Virus record (IMG/VR): IMGVR_UViG_3300042691_038938
DNA from: a virus
Lineage: Duplodnaviria; Caudoviricetes
Length of the DNA stretch: 64,000 bases
Reading direction: 5' to 3' (one strand)
Shown: positions 40,267-51,945 of the stretch, piece by piece
Numbering within the stretch: the stretch's first letter is position 1
Layout: every line of letters begins with the position of its first letter
Notes under the pieces: generated by a model
The model's input: only the letters and a program-made list of their open reading frames with translations
Told to the model about the DNA's origin: nothing
The model's database searches: none
Position numbers and translations under genes: made by a program

Positions 40267-40852
40267 AATCTTTTTACCCAAGAACCTAATGAGCCTAGTA
40301 TCAAAAGGCAGAGAAAGGTTTCTTAGTTTTTCATCAGACTACATGAAGAAGTATGATAGTCGAGAGAAATTTAGAGTAGGAGTTTCGTGGCACGTTCCCA
40401 CACAGTTCCTTATCGATCTCATGAAGAAACACTCACCGCTAGTTTCCGTAGGAAGCGGTTTTGCATACACTGAGAGCCTTGCAATAGAACAGGGAGTCGA
40501 CATCATACCTACTGATTTATCTCCAAACGTAAATAATAGTTGGTGCAGAGAGGGAAAGTTCTTTTGTGAGGTCGAGGAGATAGACGCAGTGTTTGCGGTT
40601 GACAAGTATAAAGACCGAAATGTGTTTATGGCATGGCCCCCTTACGATACTTCAATGGCATACGATGTTGCCTTTACAATGCTCCCAGGTCAGTGCTTGA
40701 TATACATCGGTGAGGGTTACGGAGGATGTAACGGAGACGACCAGTTTTTTGATTACTTAGAGAATCATTTTGAAGAGGTCGATCGTTTGACCATTCCTCA
40801 ATGGTTTGGTCTACATGATTACTGTTCAGTTCACATAAAAAAATCTAAATGA
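40259..40852 (+). CDS. Class I SAM-dependent methyltransferase-like protein
   Basis: LVSVGSGFAY (motif I), IIPTD, VEEIDA and FMAWPPY. Confidence 0.6.
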   Translation: MDKIFLPKNLMSLVSKGRERFLSFSSDYMKKYDSREKFRVGVSWHVPTQFLIDLMKKHSPLVSVGSGFAYTESLAIEQGVDIIPTDLSPNVNNSWCREGKFFCEVEEIDAVFAVDKYKDRNVFMAWPPYDTSMAYDVAFTMLPGQCLIYIGEGYGGCNGDDQFFDYLENHFEEVDRLTIPQWFGLHDYCSVHIKKSK

Positions 40853-41421
40853 TGAAAAGTATCAGACTTTGGTGGAAGTTCGATGGTCAGTACTATCACA
40901 AGGACTTTGCAAACGGCATACTAAACCTATGGAGGTGGTTTCCAACAATTTGGAAAGATCGTAACTGGGATCAGTCCTACATATACAAGATAATAGCTAA
41001 AAAGCTAGAGCTTCAAGCGGATTACATCGGTAGTCGCGATTTTCACGTTGACGCTAAACGCGACGCTGAGCGTATGCGGCTAGTCATTAGACTCATTGAA
41101 CACCAATTGGAAGACACGTATGAAATCGAATACATGGATTATCATGATATTAAATACGATTTTATTCCAACTGACGAGACTGAAAAGTGGTATGAGATGA
41201 AGGACACTCATATATCTGAAAAGTACGATGAATTTTTTGCAAAGTATCCCCGTCAATATAAAAGAGCTCTTAGTGGAGAGATTAGTCGATTCAATAGGAG
41301 TGAAGATCCGATTGAGAATAAAAAACTAATAGCAATGGACATATCTCATGAAAACCAAGAGAGGTCTCGTGAGTTATTATTTAAGATAATGAGCGATCAC
41401 ATCGAGAGATGGTGGGACTAA
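40849..41421 (+). CDS. Hypothetical phage protein
   Basis: 190 aa, ATGA-coupled to the upstream gene. Confidence 0.65.
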   Translation: MMKSIRLWWKFDGQYYHKDFANGILNLWRWFPTIWKDRNWDQSYIYKIIAKKLELQADYIGSRDFHVDAKRDAERMRLVIRLIEHQLEDTYEIEYMDYHDIKYDFIPTDETEKWYEMKDTHISEKYDEFFAKYPRQYKRALSGEISRFNRSEDPIENKKLIAMDISHENQERSRELLFKIMSDHIERWWD

Positions 41422-41431
41422 ATAAATCAGC

Positions 41432-41680
41432 ATGGCTTTAAAAATCATAAAATTTGTATTCATTCCAATCATATTGATTCAGATACTTGTAGTGATCTAT
41501 TTTTCTTATAAAAAGAATAATACGTGTGCCACTAGGATCCTAATGAAAGACGGTACCGAATATCTTGTAGTAAGAACCTTTCACACAAATGATGGCATGA
41601 CATGGATGAAGGACTGTGCAGGAAGTGAAAAAAGTTTTCCGACAGTCGATATCAAAACAATTGAACAAATAAATCAATAA
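41432..41680 (+). CDS. Small membrane-anchored protein
   Basis: N-terminal hydrophobic FVFIPIILIQILVVIYF. Confidence 0.6.
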   Translation: MALKIIKFVFIPIILIQILVVIYFSYKKNNTCATRILMKDGTEYLVVRTFHTNDGMTWMKDCAGSEKSFPTVDIKTIEQINQ

Positions 41681-41681
41681 T

Positions 41682-42415
41682 ATGTACACACCTAATGAAC
41701 TATCAAAGATGGTCTTTTTTGACCTAGAAACCGCACCGGAATTTGAATCACTAGATTCTCTCGCGATTCATAAACCCAAGATGGCTGAGCTCTGGTCAAA
41801 GCGTTGTGAATACCTACGCTCTAGATTTGAGGAGAACAAGGACCTTACTGACGAGGAACTTTACACGACAAAAGCTGCCTTGACTCCCGAGTTTGCACGT
41901 ATCGTTTGTGCGTCATTCGGTCGAGTGGGTTATAAAGATGGAGAGGCGTCAGTCATCATCAAAAGTTATAGCTCAACTTCTGAATCTGAAATACTTGACG
42001 GTATTGAAAAAGTCTTTACTAATTTCGCAACAATGAAATTTGTAGGACACAACATCAAGCGATTTGATGTGCCGATGATGTGTAAGAGACTCTTAATCAA
42101 CAGTCGATCTCTACCGAAAGGGCTACAGATTCAAAACCTAAAACCTTGGGAGATGCCATTCATCGATACTTCAGAGTTATGGAGTTTTGGCGCTTGGCAA
42201 GAAAGCTTTGCTTCCCTTGAGTTACTCGTAACATCAATCGGTCTTGATACTCCAAAGAGCGATATTCGAGGAGAAGAAGTAGGTCGAGTTTTTTGGGAAG
42301 AAATGAATGTTCAACGAATCACGGAATACTGTCAACGCGATGTGCTGGCAACAATTCAAGCTCTTTTAAAACTTTCCGGTCAACCGGTAGTAGAAGAGTT
42401 TGAATTACAAGCATA

Positions 42416-42416
<1 letters not shown>
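41682..42416 (+). CDS. Stand-alone PolB-related 3'-5' exonuclease (DEDD)
   Basis: FFDLET (ExoI), GHNIKRFD (ExoII) and YCQRDV (ExoIII). Confidence 0.85.
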
Positions 42417-44784
<2,368 letters not shown>

Positions 44785-44808
44785 GATAAATAAACAAGGT
44801 TTAATAAG

Positions 44809-44837
44809 AAAGGAGATAGCTAAACTATCTCCTTTTT
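44809..44837 (+). terminator. Intrinsic terminator after groL
   Basis: AAAGGAGATAG-ctaaa-CTATCTCCTTT followed by TT. Confidence 0.8.
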
Positions 44838-44843
44838 GTCTAA

Positions 44844-44868
44844 AACTATTTTAACTACCTGTGTATAA
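44844..44868 (+). promoter_or_regulatory. Putative early/middle promoter (AACTATT-N11-TGTATAA)
   Basis: Recurrent motif upstream of the S1-domain gene. Confidence 0.5.
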
Positions 44869-44885
44869 GCTTTAAAAATAAAAAA

Positions 44886-46043
44886 ATGTCAAACCAAGAC
44901 CCATTTAAAATTACCGGAAAATACAACACTTCCGTAAAACTAACAGACGATGACAAGAAGAGTGGAGTAAAAATATTTTGCCATGAACCGTATGCTCAAG
45001 AGCTATATGATGCAATGGTCAAGTATGAAAAATCAAACTCTAGAATTTCAAAGGACCTTCAAGAAGGAGCCGTCTGTAAAGTAATAGCAAAAACCATCTC
45101 ATACGACGATAAGACTATCTATGCAGAAGATATTTCTTCTAGCATGCCAGTCGCGATTCCATTTAGAGAATTCTCAAAGGACATGAGCGCTCTTGCAAAC
45201 GGAGAAGACCGTGAGTTTTTTGTGATGATTTACAAGTCTACAAAGTTTGGTGAAAACTTCGGGTCAGAGAAGAAAGCCCTTTCAATATCCTATAAGCAAG
45301 AGCTATTTGATCACTTGAATGAGGATCAGTGGTTTGACGTTACAATCACAAAGCTAATTAAAGGAGGATACCTTGCTCTCTACAAGAAAGAGATCGAATG
45401 TTTTATTCCAGGTTCACACGCAGCAGCCAATATCATTCATAACTTTAATGACATGCTGAATAAGACACTGACTGTCATGGTAGATAACTATGATCAAGCA
45501 AATGACCTATTCATCCTTTCATACAAGAAGTACGTCACTCAATCGATGCCTACTATGATTGAGAATCTAGAGTTCAATAGAGAATATACTGGTGTACTAA
45601 CCAGTAAACCTTATGACTTTGGAGTCTTTGTTGAGATTGACGGTTACTTCACAGGTCTTATACATCAGTCTGAATTTGAAGACTATGAGATCACTAAGAG
45701 AACCTTGAAAACGGGAGACACTCTTCCTGTTTACGTTAAAGATATCACTACAAAAGGTTCGCAGTTTAGAATCGTTCTTACTCTTAAGTCTGACAACGTT
45801 AATTCTGAAAAATTAGCTTGGCAGAACCTAAAAGAGAAGACTCAAAATAAGTGTTTCCCATACGACGTCAATTCTAAAAAGAATTCCATTTCTATTGAGA
45901 TTGACGGTGAAAACTTTGAAGTGTCTCTAAAGCGTAGAGACTTGGACAAGAACCTAAGTCGATACCCATTCGTTAAGGTTTCTAAGGTAGATTTGATCAA
46001 TAAGAGCCTAAAATTTGAGTTCGTTGAAGAATCTTCAAATTAA
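44886..46043 (+). CDS. Ribosomal protein S1-like multi-S1-domain protein
   Basis: S1 domains VTITKLIKGGYL...ECFIPGSH and YDFGVFVEIDGYFTGLIHQSE; 385 aa, shorter than canonical RpsA. Confidence 0.8.
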   Translation: MSNQDPFKITGKYNTSVKLTDDDKKSGVKIFCHEPYAQELYDAMVKYEKSNSRISKDLQEGAVCKVIAKTISYDDKTIYAEDISSSMPVAIPFREFSKDMSALANGEDREFFVMIYKSTKFGENFGSEKKALSISYKQELFDHLNEDQWFDVTITKLIKGGYLALYKKEIECFIPGSHAAANIIHNFNDMLNKTLTVMVDNYDQANDLFILSYKKYVTQSMPTMIENLEFNREYTGVLTSKPYDFGVFVEIDGYFTGLIHQSEFEDYEITKRTLKTGDTLPVYVKDITTKGSQFRIVLTLKSDNVNSEKLAWQNLKEKTQNKCFPYDVNSKKNSISIEIDGENFEVSLKRRDLDKNLSRYPFVKVSKVDLINKSLKFEFVEESSN

Positions 46044-46192
46044 TTTTACAAGGATGGCTCTCATCAATTCTTGACCTGATAAATAAATTAGAATCTTAAA
46101 CGATTTAATCTGGATTAAGCATACAAATAAAAAAATCTAACAATTAGCGATGCTGATAGTATAGCCTCGCTGTCTAAAAAAACAAGAAGAAA

Positions 46193-47200
46193 ATGGCAAA
46201 CTCACTCTTTACTGAACGCGTAGAATACAAACCATTCGAATACCCTATCTATTACACTGAAGGCTGGTTAAAGCAAGCTCAAGCCTTTTGGCTTCACACT
46301 GAGATCTCAATGCAGGGAGACATTAAGGACTGGAATGAGCACTTGAGTAAAGCTGAAAAGAATCTAGTAGGTAATATCCTTTTGGGGTTTGCTCAGACTG
46401 AGTGTGCAGTCTCAGACTATTGGACTGGAATGGTATCTAAGTGGTTTCCTAAGCATGAAATAAAGCAGATGGCCATGATCTTCGGTTCTCAAGAAACCAT
46501 ACACGCGACCGCTTATTCATATTTGAATGAATCACTAGGTTTGGAAGATTTTAAAGCATTTTTACATGAGCCAGCAATCGCTCAAAAATTTGAATACTTA
46601 CTAGAGACGAATTACGATTACTCATACACTGATCTTGCTGAATCATCAGATGCCCGTAGAGACGTTGCTCGCTCTCTTGCTATATTTTCCGCATTTGCTG
46701 AAGGAGTATCCCTCTACTCATCCTTTGCTGTTCTCTATTCTTTTCAAATGCGTAATCTCTTAAAAGGAATAGGCCAGCAAATGAAATGGTCAGTTCGCGA
46801 TGAGTCTTTACACTCTAAGATGGGATGTCAATTATTTAGACACATGTGCGAAGAATATCCAGAACTAAAAGAAGCGGTTCGATCTCAAGTTGAAGAGGCC
46901 GCTGCTATCATGGTAGAGATGGAGTTGACATTTATCGATAAGATGTTTGAGATGGGAGATCTTGAGAACCTAAAATCCAACGATCTTAAGGAATTCATCA
47001 AGAAGAGAGCTAATGAGAAACTTAATGAGTTAGGTTATGAGTCAATATTTAATTATGACGAATATCTAGCTTCTGAACTTGACTGGTTTTATCATCTTAC
47101 TGGAGGACACACTCACACAGATTTCTTTGCGATCCGACCTACTGATTATGCAAAGGCTGGCGAAAACGAAGATTGGGACGAAGACTCACTTTTTAGTTAA
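46193..47200 (+). CDS. nrdB: Ribonucleotide reductase class Ia beta subunit
   Basis: QAFW, FAQTE, ETIH...Y, FAEG and RDESLH diiron motifs. Confidence 0.93.
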   Translation: MANSLFTERVEYKPFEYPIYYTEGWLKQAQAFWLHTEISMQGDIKDWNEHLSKAEKNLVGNILLGFAQTECAVSDYWTGMVSKWFPKHEIKQMAMIFGSQETIHATAYSYLNESLGLEDFKAFLHEPAIAQKFEYLLETNYDYSYTDLAESSDARRDVARSLAIFSAFAEGVSLYSSFAVLYSFQMRNLLKGIGQQMKWSVRDESLHSKMGCQLFRHMCEEYPELKEAVRSQVEEAAAIMVEMELTFIDKMFEMGDLENLKSNDLKEFIKKRANEKLNELGYESIFNYDEYLASELDWFYHLTGGHTHTDFFAIRPTDYAKAGENEDWDEDSLFS

Positions 47201-47409
47201 TGGAAAAATCAGTATTACAACTATGGGAAGAGTATTGCGAGTCGGCTCATGCCAAGAGCATAGATTCTCCCTACATCATCGTCAGTGAAGAGTTATCAAA
47301 AAAAATAAGAGAGATAAATGGAAGAATTAGAAAAAGAGATAGAAGTTTGCTTGGGAGTGGGCACAAATCAAATATTTCCCGAGATCATAAAGATCAAAGT
47401 ACCAATTAA
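47200..47409 (+). CDS. Small hypothetical protein
   Basis: TAATG-coupled to nrdB; the 3' part overlaps another small ORF. Confidence 0.4.
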   Translation: MEKSVLQLWEEYCESAHAKSIDSPYIIVSEELSKKIREINGRIRKRDRSLLGSGHKSNISRDHKDQSTN

Positions 47410-47464
47410 CTTTAATCCGGATCACGCTTGGGAAAGAGTAGAAGAAGAATCAAATAAACAATAA
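47318..47464 (+). CDS. Small hypothetical protein, 48 aa, not in the ORF track
   Basis: MEELEKEIEVCLGVGTNQIFPEIIKIKVPINFNPDHAWERVEEESNKQ; ends 2 nt before the nrdA start. Confidence 0.45.
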   Translation: MEELEKEIEVCLGVGTNQIFPEIIKIKVPINFNPDHAWERVEEESNKQ

Positions 47465-47466
47465 AA

Positions 47467-49272
47467 ATGGAAGAGACTGAAATAAATCACGGAGCAGAAC
47501 ATGGATGGGAAGTCGGAGTTCATTTTCCAGTATGGGCAAACACTGAAGTCTATGTCAAAACTGTATCTAAAGGCTACTTATTAGAGGGTGAAACACCAAA
47601 GGACTCTTATTGGAGAGTGGCAAGCGCAGTAGCTAAAAGACTTAAACGACCTGAACTTGCTTCTAAGTTCTTTGATTATATGTGGCGCGGCTGGCTAAAC
47701 TTAGCTACTCCAGTTTTTTCAAACACTGGAACTGAAAGAGGTTTACCTATTTCATGTTTTGGAATCGACGTTGCCGATTCTATCGCAGACATTGGAGGCA
47801 AAAACCTAGAGCTAATGCTCCTTGCTAAGCACGGCGGAGGAGTCGGAATTGGAATCAATCAAGTTCGACCTGCAGGTTCAACTATATCTCAAAACGGAAC
47901 TTCTGATGGAGTCGTTCCTTTTTGTAAGATCTATGATTCATCAGTCTTGGCTACCAATCAAGGAAATGTTCGTAGGGGAGCAGCGTCAGTAAACATAGAC
48001 ATTGAGCATGGAGACTTTTGGGACTGGCTAGAGATCAGGGAGCCTAAAGGAGAGATCAATCGCCAGTGTCTAAACTTACACCAATGTGTAGTAGTCTCAG
48101 ACGATTTCATGCAAAAACTAGAGCATGGCGACAAGGAAGCGCGTCGACGTTGGACTGCTGTGATCAGAAAAAGAAAGGCCACTGGCGAACCTTACATCAT
48201 GTACAAAGGAAACGTTAATCGTCAAAGTCCAGAAGCATACAAAAAGAACGGTCTTAAAGTGTATATGACCAATATTTGTTCGGAGATCACCTTGCATACT
48301 GATGAGAACCATTCATTCGTTTGCTGTCTTTCTTCGCTAAACCTTGCAAAATATGAGGAGTGGAAGGATACTGACTTGATCTATACTGCTACTTGGTTTT
48401 TGGATGGAGTCCTAGAAGAGTTTATTCATCGTTCTAAATACATGAGAGGTTTTGAAAACTCAGTACGTTCAGCAGAAAAGGGTAGAGCTTTAGGTTTGGG
48501 AGTATTGGGCTGGCACACTTATTTACAAAACAAAAATATTCCATTCGATTCCCTAACTGCTCAGTTTGAGACTCGAAAGATATTCTCACAACTTAAGATT
48601 GAGAGCGAGAGAGCGAGTCGAGACCTTGCTAAAGAGTTCGGCGAGCCGTTATGGTGTGTTGGTACTGGAATGAGAAACTCTCACCTTAGAGCCATTGCTC
48701 CTACTGTTTCTAACTCTAAATTAGCAGGAAATGTTTCAGCTGGAATTGAGCCATGGGCAGCAAACGTATTCACTGAACAGACAGCTAAAGGTACATTCAT
48801 TCGTAAAAATCCTTCGCTAGAGAAAGTACTAGACAAGATCGGTCATAATACTAAAGAGGTTTGGGATCAGATATTAGCAGACGGTGGATCAGTTCAAGGA
48901 CTCGATTTTATGGATAACTATCGAGTAAAATTAGGAGAAGTTAGCTTTCCTATAACTTTAACTAAGTGGTCAAAGCTTCCTGATGTAGAGCAAGCCAATT
49001 ATCTCCCTCTTAAGGAGGTTTACTTGACCTTCAAGGAGATAAATCAGTTAGAATTAGTAAGACAGGCTGGAGTTCGTCAACAGTACATCGATCAAGCAGT
49101 CTCTCTAAACCTGGCCTTTCCTAGTGAAGCTGAACCTAAGTTTATCAATCAAGTTCACCTAGAAGCCTATAATGCTGGAATCAAGACTTTATATTACATG
49201 AGAACTGAGTCTGTTTTAAGAGGAGACATCGCGACTAGGGCAATGACAGATTGCCTAGCATGCGACGGATAA
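47467..49272 (+). CDS. nrdA: Ribonucleotide reductase class Ia alpha subunit, no ATP cone
   Basis: PISCF, TNICSEI, RALGLGVLG, AIAPT, KTLYY and a C-terminal CLAC. Confidence 0.95.
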   Translation: MEETEINHGAEHGWEVGVHFPVWANTEVYVKTVSKGYLLEGETPKDSYWRVASAVAKRLKRPELASKFFDYMWRGWLNLATPVFSNTGTERGLPISCFGIDVADSIADIGGKNLELMLLAKHGGGVGIGINQVRPAGSTISQNGTSDGVVPFCKIYDSSVLATNQGNVRRGAASVNIDIEHGDFWDWLEIREPKGEINRQCLNLHQCVVVSDDFMQKLEHGDKEARRRWTAVIRKRKATGEPYIMYKGNVNRQSPEAYKKNGLKVYMTNICSEITLHTDENHSFVCCLSSLNLAKYEEWKDTDLIYTATWFLDGVLEEFIHRSKYMRGFENSVRSAEKGRALGLGVLGWHTYLQNKNIPFDSLTAQFETRKIFSQLKIESERASRDLAKEFGEPLWCVGTGMRNSHLRAIAPTVSNSKLAGNVSAGIEPWAANVFTEQTAKGTFIRKNPSLEKVLDKIGHNTKEVWDQILADGGSVQGLDFMDNYRVKLGEVSFPITLTKWSKLPDVEQANYLPLKEVYLTFKEINQLELVRQAGVRQQYIDQAVSLNLAFPSEAEPKFINQVHLEAYNAGIKTLYYMRTESVLRGDIATRAMTDCLACDG

Positions 49273-49282
49273 ATAAAGATAT

Positions 49283-49507
49283 ATGAAATACATCATGACA
49301 TACACAGAATTATTTGAAGACGTTAGAAAGGTCGGAAACAGATATTGTGTGTATATCGATGATAAGGTATTAAAAAAGAACAAGAAGCCTGGTGAGAGAC
49401 TTGGAGCTACTCGTAAGACCAAATCTGGAAAGATTAAAATGAAGAGTGCTGCATGTCATCCGACTCGTAAAAAAGCCAATAATCACATGGCAGCCGTAAT
49501 GCAATAA
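49283..49507 (+). CDS. Small basic putative internal head protein
   Basis: MKYIMTYTELFED start, Lys-rich, ATAAATAA at 49269-49276. Confidence 0.55.
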   Translation: MKYIMTYTELFEDVRKVGNRYCVYIDDKVLKKNKKPGERLGATRKTKSGKIKMKSAACHPTRKKANNHMAAVMQ

Positions 49508-49510
49508 GAT

Positions 49511-49930
49511 ATGATACTAAATGACTTTAACCAATTCGTAAATGAGGCCAACTCAGCCGACTCTTGTCCAAGAGCAGCAAAAGATTTAAAGCTAAATACT
49601 AAAAATCGTAATCATGCGATCAAAGCTGAACACATCGAGTACGGTCCACTAAACCTTTCTGATGAGGGATATTGGGAGCACATCGCTGAACACTGGAAGA
49701 CCACAGTAAAAGTTGCTAAGAAATCAACTTGTGGAAATTGTGCCGCCTTTGACGTCTCACCTAGAATGGATAAATGTATGCCTGGAAAGCTAGAAGATAA
49801 AGACGGTAGGCTTGGGTATTGTTGGATGCATGACTTCAAATGTCACTCAGCTAGAACCTGTTATACTTGGGCGGCAGGCGGGCCAATCAAAAAAGATTCT
49901 ACTTCCTTAAGCTGGCAGAAGAAAAAATAA
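49511..49930 (+). CDS. Cys-rich putative internal head protein
   Basis: DFNQFVNEA start; CGNC, CM, GYCWMH, KCH and RTC. Confidence 0.6.
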   Translation: MILNDFNQFVNEANSADSCPRAAKDLKLNTKNRNHAIKAEHIEYGPLNLSDEGYWEHIAEHWKTTVKVAKKSTCGNCAAFDVSPRMDKCMPGKLEDKDGRLGYCWMHDFKCHSARTCYTWAAGGPIKKDSTSLSWQKKK

Positions 49931-49951
49931 AAGAGACCTACTCTTAATTAC

Positions 49952-49978
49952 GAGCAATAGGAAACTATTGCTCTTTTT
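49952..49978 (+). terminator. Intrinsic terminator with a GAAA loop
   Basis: GAGCAATAG-GAAA-CTATTGCTC-TTTTT. Confidence 0.85.
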
Positions 49979-50008
49979 ATTTAGATAAATAATAAAAAAT
50001 CCATTTTC

Positions 50009-50278
50009 ATGCTGAATAATTTCAACCAGTTCATAAACGAAAGCAAAGAGGATGAATTTAATTCCATAGTAAAAGGTGATATCGTATTACATAGAGGACA
50101 CCGATGTAAAGTTTTATCCGTCATGAAAGACAAAGAAGGAATCGTTTATTCTATTAAAATAGATCCTATTGAAAGGAAGGAAGCTTCAAAATTTGATAGA
50201 TCATTAAATCTTTCTCAATTTAAACAACAGGTATCTGGAGTAATTAAAAAAGAAAAAACTGAGGAAGATGAGGACTAA
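50009..50278 (+). CDS. Small putative internal head protein (SH3/KOW-like)
   Basis: NFNQFINES start; IVKGDIVLHRGHRCKVLSV beta-barrel pattern; ATAAATAA at 49985-49992. Confidence 0.55.
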   Translation: MLNNFNQFINESKEDEFNSIVKGDIVLHRGHRCKVLSVMKDKEGIVYSIKIDPIERKEASKFDRSLNLSQFKQQVSGVIKKEKTEEDED

Positions 50279-50765
50279 GCACATCAAGCAATATTATGAC
50301 TTTCTCTTAGAACAAGACATGATGGCTGGCGTTCCGGGTGCTCCAGGAGGAGCCCCTGCTCCTAAGCTTGAGAAGTATAAATTCATTTTTCTAGTAAAAC
50401 CTGAAGATCCTTCAGTTCCAAGCAGAAAATATCCAGATGGAAGCATTATAGCAAAATACCCATGTTACTCCATAACTCTTCCTGACTTGGAAAAATGGGT
50501 TAATTCTAATGTGATTTCAACCGATAAATTAGAACTTAATCCTTCCGAATTAGAACTAAAAAGAAAGAACATAGTACAGATAGTAAAAGGAGATAAAACG
50601 AACGTGACAAAAGACGATAAGTCATTTATTGAAAAGCTTAAAAACTCAATAGCTAGTGATATAATAGGAAAGAGAGAAGTAGATATTGAAGTTGTCTATG
50701 CAACTGATCGTAATCCGACTACTGAACACATTGATGTTACTTTCATAAAACTTCCAGAAAAATGA
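50268..50765 (+). CDS. Putative internal head protein
   Basis: KHIKQYYDFLLEQ start followed by a Pro/Gly linker. Confidence 0.55.
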   Translation: MRTKHIKQYYDFLLEQDMMAGVPGAPGGAPAPKLEKYKFIFLVKPEDPSVPSRKYPDGSIIAKYPCYSITLPDLEKWVNSNVISTDKLELNPSELELKRKNIVQIVKGDKTNVTKDDKSFIEKLKNSIASDIIGKREVDIEVVYATDRNPTTEHIDVTFIKLPEK

Positions 50766-51511
50766 TAAAATCGTTCTTAGAATTTATAAATGAAAGCATG
50801 GAAAACAACGTAGAGTTTCTTAAAAAGCTTACTATCGACATCATAGCAAAGCTTAGGGAATCTTCTAAGGAAGAAAGTTCCAGCTATGCGACATTCTCTG
50901 GGATGGAATTCACGGAACCGTTCATGTTTGATCTCATATTAAAGGTTCGTAGAGAAACTGATCCTGATCTTAGACGAGACCCTCACTTCAATGATCTTTC
51001 TTGGGAAAAATTAAATTATGACAACCTTGGATATTCAATAGATGCGAATACTCGAATGAGTAAATCAAAAGCGGCTGTGCCAAAGATAACAATGCACTTA
51101 ATCTTAAATCCAAAAAAGGAGCCAATCCTTTATGAAAAGCTCTACGCTAGGCTATTAGATATTTTAGTGCATGAGACGAATCACCTAGACCAGTTAGGAA
51201 TAAACCGTGATCCATTCAACGTAAAAGTCTCAGATCCAAGAGAAAGAGCAAAGGCTAAAAAGAGCCACAAATACTTTCTTTTATCTGATGAAGTTGAATC
51301 CATGATAGAGGGAATGTACGTTAGATCAAAGGAACAGAGAATTCCACTAGATAAAGTCTTTCTAGAATATTTAACTCCTTTTCTTGAGACTAGATACATC
51401 AGTAGTTCAGAATTTCAAAAAGTAATGTTCACATGGATAACCAGATCCTTAGAGCTTTATCCTGATGCTGAATTTTCACCCTCTGCTAAAAAAATAATAG
51501 ACTCAATCTAA
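50762..51511 (+). CDS. HExxH metallopeptidase-like protein with a capsid-targeting-like N-terminus
   Basis: MIKSFLEFINES start; VHETNH plus a downstream DEVES. Confidence 0.6.
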   Translation: MIKSFLEFINESMENNVEFLKKLTIDIIAKLRESSKEESSSYATFSGMEFTEPFMFDLILKVRRETDPDLRRDPHFNDLSWEKLNYDNLGYSIDANTRMSKSKAAVPKITMHLILNPKKEPILYEKLYARLLDILVHETNHLDQLGINRDPFNVKVSDPRERAKAKKSHKYFLLSDEVESMIEGMYVRSKEQRIPLDKVFLEYLTPFLETRYISSSEFQKVMFTWITRSLELYPDAEFSPSAKKIIDSI

Positions 51512-51536
51512 AACTTTTATCTAATTCTTAGTAGAA
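51512..51536 (+). promoter_or_regulatory. Putative early/middle promoter (AACTTTT-N11-AGTAGAA)
   Basis: Recurrent motif upstream of the Hc1-like gene. Confidence 0.55.
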
Positions 51537-51557
51537 GATTAGAAAAATTTTAGAATA

Positions 51558-51836
51558 ATGAATCAATTCGAAGAACTTAAAGCAGAGATTGCTGCCGCTC
51601 AAGAGGCAATTTTTGGACCTCTTAACTCGCTGATTACTGCAGCGGAAGACGACGCTTCAAAATACTATGATAAAGGCGTAAAAAGTGCTGGTAACAGACT
51701 AAAGAAAAAAATGCAAGAGATTCGTAAGGTGATCAAGCATCCAGTGACTAAGGCTCACATGACAAAAATCCAAAACATGGCAAAGGACGCTCGTCAAGCT
51801 CTTACTGATGAGATTTCAGCTAAAGCTACCGCTTAA
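51558..51836 (+). CDS. Histone H1-like (Hc1 family, Bacteroidota type) DNA-binding protein
   Basis: KYYDKGVKSAGNRLKKKMQE resembles the KF.EKGNK.AG.R.RK..QE core; basic and helical. Confidence 0.65.
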   Translation: MNQFEELKAEIAAAQEAIFGPLNSLITAAEDDASKYYDKGVKSAGNRLKKKMQEIRKVIKHPVTKAHMTKIQNMAKDARQALTDEISAKATA

Positions 51837-51856
51837 TTAAACTTATAATTCATTTG

Positions 51857-51886
51857 AAAAATGCCTCTTTTTGAGGCATTTTTTTT
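51857..51886 (+). terminator. Intrinsic terminator
   Basis: AAAAATGCCTC-ttttt-GAGGCATTTTT plus a T run. Confidence 0.85.
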
Positions 51887-51896
51887 GTTTTCTAAA

Positions 51897-51921
51897 AACT
51901 TTTAACTTTAAAGAAGTATAA
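51897..51921 (+). promoter_or_regulatory. Putative early/middle promoter (AACTTTT-N11-AGTATAA)
   Basis: Recurrent motif upstream of the SSB gene. Confidence 0.6.
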
Positions 51922-51945
51922 TATTATAAAAAATAACTATTTATT

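Noticed and set aside
51558-51590. MNQFEELKAE as another capsid-targeting motif
   Set aside because: It resembles the native N-terminal helix of Hc1-like proteins, and the gene follows the non-late promoter class, so it is ambiguous.
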